From the NCBI GenBank assembly GCA_963788195.1, contig CAWBGA010000017.1:256001-320000 (forward strand): a stretch of DNA of 64,000 nt, written 5' to 3'. Position 1 is the first letter of the stretch. Each line of letters starts with the position of its first letter. Of this stretch, positions 56,261-64,000 are shown piece after piece. The notes beneath the pieces were generated by a model. It was not told where the DNA came from, searched no databases, and saw nothing but the letters and a program-made list of their open reading frames with translations. The DNA comes from Nitrospirota bacterium. Lineage in GTDB: Bacteria; Nitrospirota; Nitrospiria; Nitrospirales; NS-4. Both the position numbers and the translations under genes were made by a program.

Positions 56261-57956
56261 ATGCCGACAATCTTGATATCACGTGCTGACTTCGAAGGCC
56301 TCATCGGCAGGCGCGCGGCCGACAAAGACGTCGACGCATGGCTTTCGCTGGCCAAGGCCGAACTCAAAGACAGCGACACTGCGACCGGGGAGTTGCGTAT
56401 AGAGTTGCAGGACTCGAATCGTCCCGATTTGTGGTGTGTGGAAGGAATCGCCCGCCAGGTCCGCTGCAAGCTGAAAGGACGTCCCTCCGCTTATCCTTAT
56501 TTACAGGCGACAAAGGGCCGCCGTGACCAGGTGCTGGTCCAAAAAGGTCTGGAGCAACTGCGGCCGTTCGTTGCCGCCTGTAAAGCGCGTGGGTATGTCG
56601 TGACCGCCGCAGGCTTGACCCAGCTCATCCAGACACAGGAAAAGCTTGCCGAGGTGTACGGACGAAATCGCCGCACAGTATCCATCGGGCTCTACCGGCT
56701 CGCGCCGATCCAGTTCCCCGTGACCTACGCACTCGTCGACCCTGAGAGCACAAAGTTTCGTCCTCTCGGCATTGACGACCTGATGAGCCTGCGTGAAATT
56801 CTGTCACTCCACCCGAAGGGAATCGAGTACGGTGCGATTCTTGAGCGCCAGGACCGGTTTCCGCTATTACACGACGCCAAGGGAGAGGTCCTCTCCTTCC
56901 CGCCGATCATTAACAGCCAGGACCTGGGTGAGGTGCGCGCGGGCGATTCGGATCTGTTTGTCGAGGTCACAGGCACCGACCTTCAGATGGTCATGCTGGC
57001 CTTAAATATCTTTGCGGCTAATCTTCACGATCGCGGCGCCAAGATTGAGCCGGTGGATGTGGTGTATCCTTATAAGACACACTTCGGCCGCTCGGTCCGT
57101 ATGCCGCAGCACTTTGCTCCTCCCCGCGTCATTACCCGGACCCAGATTGCCGACGCGCTTGGAATCGCCGCTTTCCATGGCGGAAATCCGATCCAGTCTG
57201 ACCTCCTACGGCTACAGTCTGAGCGGCACCGGCGAAAAGGTGACCGTGAAACTGCCGGCTTATCGGAACGACCTCATGCATCCGGTGGACGTCGTGGAAG
57301 ATGTCGCGATCAGCCGTGGCTATGGCAGCTTTTCCCCCATCATGCCGTCGGCCTTTACGGTCGGTGGGTTGACGCGGATCGAGCAATTGTCCGACAAGAT
57401 CCGCGAATTGATGGTCGGCTCAGGCTTTCAGGAGATCGTGTCGAATATTCTCGGTTCCCGTGAAGATTTCGTGCACAAGATGCGTCTCTCTCCCCAAGAG
57501 CCCGAAAGCCACCTCGTCGAAATCGACAATGTCATGTCGCAGAGCGTCGAAGCTCTTCGTCGCTGGATTCTCCCCTCGCTTTTGCGGGTAGAGACGACCT
57601 CTTCACGCAGCTTTTATCCGCACTTTTTGTATGAGGTCGGTGAAGTCGCCGTTCCGGATCGCGCCGCCGAGACCGGCAGCCGCACTGAGGTTCGGATCGG
57701 GGCCTTGTGCGCTCACGCCACCGCCAACTTCTCCGAAACGCATTCTTTTCTGGACATCCTGTGTTTTTACCTTAAGAAACCGTATACCCTCAGACCCGCG
57801 GCTCATCCCTCCTTCATGGATGGACGCGCGGCCCAGATTATTTATGACACTACCGCTATCGGTTGGATCGGAGAGCTTCACCCCGAGGTCTTGGAGCGCT
57901 GGCAAATTAACATGCCATGCAGCATGTTTGAGGCGACTGTGAACGCGCTGCTCTAG
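56261..57956 (+). CDS. pheT: Phenylalanine--tRNA ligase beta subunit, short archaeal-like form; indel near 57170
   Basis: MPTI start; NRPDLW.VEG.AR, QEKL...GRNR, SFPPIINS, YR.D..HP.D..EDVAI; ~565 aa, no B2 OB or B8 domain. Confidence 0.9.
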
Positions 57957-58744
57957 TCTTTGGGCGGCGCTGGAATGGGAGGCTTAGGGTCTGGCGACGC
58001 TGGAAGAGAGGGCTTTGGGTCCGGCGACGTCGGGACAGGAGGCTTTGGGTCTGACGACGCCGGGAGAGGGGACTTAGGGTCTGGCGACTCTGGAGACGAT
58101 TGCTTCTCGGGGGAAAGATACGGGTCTGCGTTGAAGTACTCCTCGCGCAAAAGGCGGGTGCTCTTCGCACTGACCATTCGCCCTACGTCGCTGGTCGGCG
58201 TCGGCACCTGGCCGCCGAGTCTGACGATCGAATCTCGGATATCAGCCAATTCCAGGACGGCAACGCCGTCCATTTTTGCCTCAGGATTCGCGTACTCCGT
58301 CTCAATGACCTTCCATGCTTTAAAATAGGCGGCGAGCGCCGGTTGAATGTATCCTCTGCGATCGAGCGCGCCGGCGAGTTCTTCATAGATCGATTCTGCT
58401 TGTGCGGGAGCGACACTCACGGCAGCTACGTACCGCGAGACCCCTTCCACTACCCTTTTTTTCTCAATCGCCTTTTTGCCGGCCCCGCGGAGACGCTCCG
58501 CACACTTTGCCTGTGCAGGCGTTGGCTGAGCCCGAAGCTTCTTGAGAACCGGAACAGGCGCTTCAGTAATAATCAACAGGGGCGATCCGCTCTTGTCGAC
58601 AGGTCGATCCAGGCCTGGGCAGGGGTTCCCCTGAGGCTCGCCCGCGGTCTTCGCCGATGTCGCGGCTTGGAGAGGTCGGCTCTCCGGTGCAAGGAGAGAG
58701 AGGAAACATCCGAAGGCCAGCAGTCCTACGAGACGGATGGGCAT
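57953..58744 (-). CDS. Exported hypothetical protein (TPR-like) with C-terminal 10-aa Pro-rich repeats
   Basis: Signal peptide; SPDPKSPLPA SSDPKPPVPT SPDPKPSLPA SPDPKPPIPA. Confidence 0.7.
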   Translation of the reverse strand: MPIRLVGLLAFGCFLSLLAPESRPLQAATSAKTAGEPQGNPCPGLDRPVDKSGSPLLIITEAPVPVLKKLRAQPTPAQAKCAERLRGAGKKAIEKKRVVEGVSRYVAAVSVAPAQAESIYEELAGALDRRGYIQPALAAYFKAWKVIETEYANPEAKMDGVAVLELADIRDSIVRLGGQVPTPTSDVGRMVSAKSTRLLREEYFNADPYLSPEKQSSPESPDPKSPLPASSDPKPPVPTSPDPKPSLPASPDPKPPIPAPPKD

Positions 58745-58745
58745 G

Positions 58746-59114
58746 TTAGGTCGCCTCCTGGCGTTGTTGGCCTTTCACCGAATCGACCAGGTGCGTGAAC
58801 CCAGCCGGGTCGCGGATGGCCATATCGGATAAGACCTTCCGATCGAGGGTGATGCCCGCCTTCTTGAGGGCGTGAATAAACCGTGAATACAGGATTCCAT
58901 GGATGCGACACGCCGCGGTAATTCGGGTGATCCAGAGCCTTCGAAAATCCCGCTTCCGGTTGCGACGATCGCGGTATGCGTACACTTGCGCCTTGTCCAC
59001 TGCTTCTGTCGCCGTGCGGAAGAGTTTGCTCTTCGCGCCATAGTAGCCTTTGGCAAGTTTAAGTCGCTTTTTGTGACGTGCGCGGGTCTTTGTCCCGCCT
59101 TTCGCGCGTGGCAT
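58746..59114 (-). CDS. rplT: 50S ribosomal protein L20
   Basis: MPRAKGG...AKGYYG...[19 protein letters not shown]. Confidence 0.98.
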   Translation of the reverse strand: MPRAKGGTKTRARHKKRLKLAKGYYGAKSKLFRTATEAVDKAQVYAYRDRRNRKRDFRRLWITRITAACRIHGILYSRFIHALKKAGITLDRKVLSDMAIRDPAGFTHLVDSVKGQQRQEAT

Positions 59115-59137
59115 GCGTTCAGTCTCCTCTTAACGTC

Positions 59138-59341
59138 CTAGGTATGTGGTAACAGCGCCTTGATGCGGTAGACATCACCGGGCGCCACTGGAACCGAGCG
59201 CCCGAGCCGGCGCTTCCGGCCCGGTCGTTTACTCGTCAAGATATGCCGGGCATTGGCCTGGCGCCGCATCAACTTGCCGGTGCCGGTGCGGCGAAACCGT
59301 TTCTTGACGCCTTTATGGGTTTTTAGCTTTTGTTTTGCCAT
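59138..59341 (-). CDS. rpmI: 50S ribosomal protein L35
   Basis: KLKTHKGVKKRF..TGTGK...HILT.K. Confidence 0.97.
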   Translation of the reverse strand: MAKQKLKTHKGVKKRFRRTGTGKLMRRQANARHILTSKRPGRKRRLGRSVPVAPGDVYRIKALLPHT

Positions 59342-59349
59342 GATCTTCT

Positions 59350-59580
59350 CCATTACACCCACCCGCCAAGCCGAGCTTGCTCGACCCGAAGGCCCGATGG
59401 TTATTTAAGGCCGCCGGGATAGTTTTTCTGTCTGCAGTCTCCAGTTTCGCCCGCCCTGAAATCCTATTGCACCCACCCGCCCCAAGCCTGCCGAGACAGG
59501 CTTTTGTCCCGTAGGACAGATTTCTTTTCCCCTGTCACCCACCCAGCCCTGGGATGCGCCGAGACGCATCCCTTTGCCGG
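59350..59580 (+). repeat. Modular repeat cluster C between infC and rpmI
   Basis: Module at 59374-59418; AAGCCTG-CCGAGA-CAGGCTT at 59484-59503; GGGATGCG-CCGAGA-CGCATCCC at 59551-59572. Confidence 0.85.
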
Positions 59581-59627
59581 CACCATTTTACGCGCGGTAT
59601 CTCTGCAGACACTTGACAGTCTTCGCA

Positions 59628-60137
59628 CTACTTGGGCGCCACGACCATCACCAGAAACCGTCCCTCTTGCCGTGGAGGCTGTTCGATCTGGCCGGTTTCA
59701 CCAATCAGCGCGACCACCTTCTCCATGACGGCGCGACCCATCTGTTGATAGGCCATCTCACGCCCGCGAAATGTCACCGTCACTTTCGCCTTGTTTCCGT
59801 CTGCGAGAAACTCTTTCATCTGGCGGACCTTGGTTTCCAAATCGTGCTGGTCGGTCCGTGGCCTGAGCTTGACTTCCTTGACGTGCGTGCTTTTCTGATG
59901 CGCCTTGGCGGTATGGGTCTTCTTATTAAGCTCATACTTATATTTGCCGAAATCCATGATCTTGCAGACAGGGGGTTGCGCGGTCGGCGCCACTTCCACA
60001 AGATCGTACCCCATATCCTCCGCTTTTTTTAAAGCCTCTGCCGTGGTCAGAATCCCAAGTTGTTCACTCTCAGGCCCAATAACGCGAATCGGGCTGATCC
60101 TGATCTCTCTATTAACCCTCAGCTTTTGAACTGCGAT
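59628..60137 (-). CDS. infC: Translation initiation factor IF-3 with a non-canonical ATC start
   Basis: In-frame ATC at 60137 after GGAGAGGTG; RVNREI...IRVIG, DLVEVAP, PPVCKIMDFGK, FRGRE. Confidence 0.92.
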   Translation of the reverse strand: MAVQKLRVNREIRISPIRVIGPESEQLGILTTAEALKKAEDMGYDLVEVAPTAQPPVCKIMDFGKYKYELNKKTHTAKAHQKSTHVKEVKLRPRTDQHDLETKVRQMKEFLADGNKAKVTVTFRGREMAYQQMGRAVMEKVVALIGETGQIEQPPRQEGRFLVMVVAPK

Positions 60138-62118
60138 TGGGCACCTCTCCTTTCAGCACAGGTTCACTGCCAATAGAGGGATGCAGATCCCGTTGCTGGA
60201 CCTCTCGTGTCAACAGGTCCACGAAGGTCTCGATACTGTGGCTGCCGGCATTAATGCCCCCGCGCCGTCGGATCGACACCTCACCTTTTTCTACTTCGCG
60301 GTCTCCCACGACGAGCATGTAGGGGATCTTCGCCCGCTCCGCCTCTCGAACTTTGAAACCCATTTTCTCACTACGCAAGTCGGCTTCCACGCGGAACCCC
60401 GCATCCCCTAACCGCCGGGCCAGGGCGTCGGCATAGTCCTTGTGCTTGTCGGTGATCGAGATGACGAGCGCCTGGACTGGAGCGAGCCATGTTGGAAACG
60501 CTCCGGCATAGTGCTCCACGAGGATGCCGAAGAATCGTTCGATGGATCCCATTAAGGCGCGGTGGATCATGATCGGCTGGTGTGCGTGTCCATCCTCCCC
60601 CGTATATTCGAGTCCGAACCGTTCCGGATTGTTGAAGTCGACCTGCACAGTCGAGCACTGCCACGATCGGCCCAGCACATCTTTGATCTTGATGTCGATT
60701 TTCGGCCCATAAAACACACCCTCGCCGGGATCAATACTGTAGGGGATTCCGCGACTATGAAGCGCCGCCTCGAGGGCGGCGGTCGCCTGGCCCCAGGCTT
60801 CTTCCGACCCAACCGCTTTCGGCGGCCGGGTCGAGACATACACCTGATATTCCGAAAATCCGAAGGTCTTGAGCACAAAGAACGTGAAGTCCAGCACCTT
60901 CGCGACCTCGGCTTCAATCTGCTCCGGGCGGCAGAACAGATGCGCGTCGTCCTGCGTGAAACCGCGCACGCGCATCAAGCCGTGCAGCACCCCCGAGCGC
61001 TCGTAGCGATACACGGTACCAAGTTCGGCATACCGCTGCGGCAGGTCCCGATAGCTGCGTAATCGCGACTTATAAATCATGATGTGAAAGGGACAGTTCA
61101 TCGGCTTGAGCTGATACTCGGTCGCCTCCACCTGCATCGGAGCAAACATGTTTTCGCGGTAGAATTCCGTATGGCCGCTCGTCTTCCATAGATCCAAGCG
61201 CGCGACATGGGGCGAATAGACCAATTCATATCCTTGCTTCACGTGCTGCTCGCGCCAGAAGTTCTCAATCTGCAGGCGGATGGTGGACCCCTTCGGCAGC
61301 CACAAGATGAGTCCCGGGCCCACCTCGTCGGTCATCGATATTAATTCGAGCTCCTTGCCGACCTTTCGGTGATCGCGTTTCTTGATCTCTTCGAGCTTGT
61401 GCAGGTAGGCGTCCAGCGCCTTCTTGGTGGGAAACGAGGTCCCGTATATCCGCTGAAGCATCGGGTTGCGCTCATCGCCCCGCCAATAAGCGCCGGCAGA
61501 GGTTAACAGTTTGATCGCATGGATGCGTCCCGTCGAGGGGACGTGCGGACCTCTGCACAGATCGACAAGGCCCCCCTGGTCATATGCTGAGATCGTCTCA
61601 TCGGCAAAGCCCTCGATCATTTCGCACTTGTAATCTTCGCCGCTCTTTTTGAAGAACTCCATAGCGTGTGACCGGCTCATCTCCATGCGCACGAACGGCC
61701 GGTCAGCGCTGATGATCTCCTGAATTCGGGTTTCGATCTTCTCCAGATCTTCGGGCGTAAACGGCCGCTCGTAGGCGAAATCGTAATAAAAGCCTTCGTC
61801 GATGGCAGGACCGATGGTGAGTTTGGCCGTGGGGAACAGCTCCTTGACGGCCTGCGCCATGATATGCGAGCTACTGTGACGATAGACCTCTTTCCCCTCT
61901 GGCATATCAAAGGTGACCGGCGCAATCGCAGCGTCAGCCTCAAGTCGGTAGGCTAAATCCACCGGCTTCCCGTCCACAAGGGCCGCAATGACTTCGCCAG
62001 ACCCTTCGATGTGAGCGAGAGCCTCGCCAACGGTCGTCCCCTTGGAAGTCTTTTGGATTCTTCCGTCGAGGAAGGTGACGGTGATCAAATCGGTCATCTT
62101 TTCCGATGCGACGGCCAC
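60112..62118 (-). CDS. thrS: Threonine--tRNA ligase
   Basis: TGS domain, HSSSH, DLCRGPH, RDHRK.G, KPMNCP, RVRGFTQDDAH, FYGPKID. Confidence 0.98.
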   Translation of the reverse strand: MAVASEKMTDLITVTFLDGRIQKTSKGTTVGEALAHIEGSGEVIAALVDGKPVDLAYRLEADAAIAPVTFDMPEGKEVYRHSSSHIMAQAVKELFPTAKLTIGPAIDEGFYYDFAYERPFTPEDLEKIETRIQEIISADRPFVRMEMSRSHAMEFFKKSGEDYKCEMIEGFADETISAYDQGGLVDLCRGPHVPSTGRIHAIKLLTSAGAYWRGDERNPMLQRIYGTSFPTKKALDAYLHKLEEIKKRDHRKVGKELELISMTDEVGPGLILWLPKGSTIRLQIENFWREQHVKQGYELVYSPHVARLDLWKTSGHTEFYRENMFAPMQVEATEYQLKPMNCPFHIMIYKSRLRSYRDLPQRYAELGTVYRYERSGVLHGLMRVRGFTQDDAHLFCRPEQIEAEVAKVLDFTFFVLKTFGFSEYQVYVSTRPPKAVGSEEAWGQATAALEAALHSRGIPYSIDPGEGVFYGPKIDIKIKDVLGRSWQCSTVQVDFNNPERFGLEYTGEDGHAHQPIMIHRALMGSIERFFGILVEHYAGAFPTWLAPVQALVISITDKHKDYADALARRLGDAGFRVEADLRSEKMGFKVREAERAKIPYMLVVGDREVEKGEVSIRRRGGINAGSHSIETFVDLLTREVQQRDLHPSIGSEPVLKGEVPNRSSKAEG

Positions 62119-62130
62119 AATGGCTCTCTC

Positions 62131-62170
62131 CACCCACCCACCCTGGTCGCGCCAAGACGCGCCCTTCTGC
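62131..62170 (+). repeat. Single CCAAGA hairpin unit (cluster E) in the thrS leader
   Basis: CACCCACCCACCC-TGGTCGCG-CCAAGA-CGCGCCC. Confidence 0.7.
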
Positions 62171-62767
62171 CCCTCAAAAAAAGGGCTTCCTGCGACCGTG
62201 GATGCCCCGGGGTGATCAGTCTTTTGGCAGGCGAGGACAGTCTCAAACCGTCGAGCCCGACCGTGTCAAGTGCAGCTACGTACTTGATGGACTAGACAAT
62301 GCCATTGGAAAATGCCGTGTCCTCACAGCGCGTTCATCAGCAGCGACAGATAGTATCTGATTGGTACCCGACAGTCAACGGTGTACCTCTTGCCTTGCGT
62401 CCTTGATGCACAACCTTTGGGCAGGCCATCGAAGCTACTTCTGCTTAGGCAGACTCCCGCGATTCCTCGATTCATTTTCGTGAGACCTTTCACCGTCCCA
62501 CGCACCCGGCGAGGGAATCTGCAAGTGGGTGACGCGATCCAGGCTGCGACGCCGCGCGCGACTTGCTTGCCCTTGGCGGAGCGCCGGCAGCAGCCGATCG
62601 CGGCAGGACCCACGGAGCAGATTCCTGAGACCCCCGTTCACATGGGGCAACTGATCGATCGTCAGCAGCATGTCCAAGCCAGTTCAGTGCGAATGCCGGC
62701 GATTAAGACGTGGTACGAGGAGGAGCCGAATCGATGACGCTTGGTCTGGAAGCTTGGGATGGATGGG

Positions 62768-62842
62768 TGGTAGGCGCGGACGGTCTTGAACCGTCGACCT
62801 CTACCGTGTCAAGGTAGCGCTCTCCCCCTGAGCTACGCGCCT
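62768..62842 (-). tRNA. tRNA-Val(GAC)
   Basis: AGGCGCGTAGCTCAGGGGGAGAGCGCTACCTTGACACGGTAGAGGTCGACGGTTCAAGACCGTCCGCGCCTACCA. Confidence 0.95.
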
Positions 62843-62922
62843 ACTAGCCGCCCGTCATGCTATTACGTAAGGGTACAGGTTGTCAAGGCAGTCCTGAGTG
62901 AACCGGGTATCAAAAAGCTGTT

Positions 62923-63496
62923 TTACTTCGCAGTGACGCGAATGTCCAGCTCCTTGATCTTTTTGCGTAGCGTATTACGATTCAGCCCTAGAAGAGCCGC
63001 CGCTTTGATTTGATTGCCGCCGGTCTCTTCCAGCACCAGCGTAATGAGCGGTTTTTCCATCGCCTTCATTAAGAGCGAATGCAGATGAGACCCTGCCCCG
63101 AGCTTCATCCGGCGCACAAAGTCCCGAAGCTTCGCGCCCACATATTCATCAAAGCCCAATTCCTGCGGCAACTTTGTCGTCGTGTGCGGCACGGCGTGCC
63201 CGTTTGATCAGCGCCTTCACCGACTCGCTGGCCCGCCTTAGAAAGGGCGTGGATCCAACGAGTGTCATGAGCGGCGGAGGCCCGTGCATGTCCGCCACGG
63301 CTTTTACCTCATTCACCCAATCTTTTCGCGACTCCACAATAAGCGCGTCGAAACGATGTTTTCCCGGCTTCCGGCTCAAGGCGGCAGCGTCTTTGGCGAT
63401 GGTCACCACGCATTGCGGACATTCATGTCGATAAAGCTCGGCGAGATCGGGATCTGCGGTCAGTAACAGAACATGAACGGCGTTTCTGAGGGGCAT
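62923..63496 (-). CDS. Fis-family HTH protein with a degenerate receiver-like N-terminus; probable indel near 63190
   Basis: [28 protein letters not shown]; upstream frame HVLLLTAD...FDALIVE. Confidence 0.8.
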
Positions 63497-63611
63497 ACAC
63501 ACACGCTCCGGAGGATTTCTTGCTGGAGGCGCGTAGTCATATCAATCCCACACGAGACATGTCAAGCGCCAGCATCGCGAGGTCCATCTTTATTTAGAGG
63601 TACATCATTTA

Positions 63612-64000
63612 TTATTTATTCTGCCCCACCGCGGTGTGTGAGTTGAATACCAACTGTCCGTCCTTTTCGTCTACCTCTACTGTTTGCCCGGGATGGACGG
63701 TGGCATCCAGCAGCTTGAAGGCGAGTGGATTTAAGATTTCTCGTTGAATAAGCCGCTTGAGCGGGCGCGCGCCGTAGACGGCATCGTATCCGGTCAAAGC
63801 CAGGTAGTTCTTGGCCTTGTCGGTGAGAACCAGGTTAATCTGGTGGCCTTCAAGCCGTTTCATTAGCTGCTTGACTTGCAACTCGACGATCTCCGCGAGC
63901 TCCGCGGGAGTCAGAGGACGGAAGACGACGATATCGTCAATCCGGTTTAGAAACTCGGGGCGAAAATGCTCCCGTAACACCTCCAAGGCAAGGTCCTGTA
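63612..64000 (-). CDS. clpB: ClpB/Hsp100 chaperone C-terminus (partial)
   Basis: FRPEFLNRIDDIVVF, GYD.VYGARPLKR.IQ. Confidence 0.88.
   Translation of the reverse strand, partial: QDLALEVLREHFRPEFLNRIDDIVVFRPLTPAELAEIVELQVKQLMKRLEGHQINLVLTDKAKNYLALTGYDAVYGARPLKRLIQREILNPLAFKLLDATVHPGQTVEVDEKDGQLVFNSHTAVGQNK

Noticed and set aside
62381..62737. 118-aa ORF between thrS and tRNA-Val
   Set aside because: No recognisable motif, weak start, and competing ORFs on both strands.
62768..62842. tRNA-Val or tRNA-fMet as an island attachment site
   Set aside because: No integrase and no duplicated tRNA 3' end noticed in the window.

Overview
GC-rich bacterial chromosome segment, most consistent with Nitrospirota (inference from gene content). 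Many long genes are split by single-base indels, most likely long-read errors. Contents in order: a very large multicopper oxidase; an ExeA-type ATPase fused to a heme-c (DUF3365-like) domain with a small Cys-rich partner; a cytochrome b/Tat molybdoenzyme pair; an aminotransferase-ALDH-VOC cluster; malQ; an XRE/LexA-imuB-dnaE2-udgX cassette with a palindromic operator; a c-di-GMP-I riboswitch ahead of pilY2-like/pilY1; a di-heme peroxidase-like gene; a beta-oxidation/phospholipid operon; metal/oxidative-stress genes including an unannotated 44-aa metallothionein; tRNA-fMet split by a group I intron encoding an I-Ssp6803I-like homing endonuclease; fmt-rpe and archaeal-type pheST; thrS-infC-rpmI-rplT; tRNA-Val; a Fis-like gene; and the end of clpB. 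The most unexplained signal is a modular intergenic repeat family at 5 loci, all in one chromosomal orientation. It has 9 hairpins with an invariant CCRAGA loop and covarying stems, plus a separate conserved ~45-nt stem-loop module.
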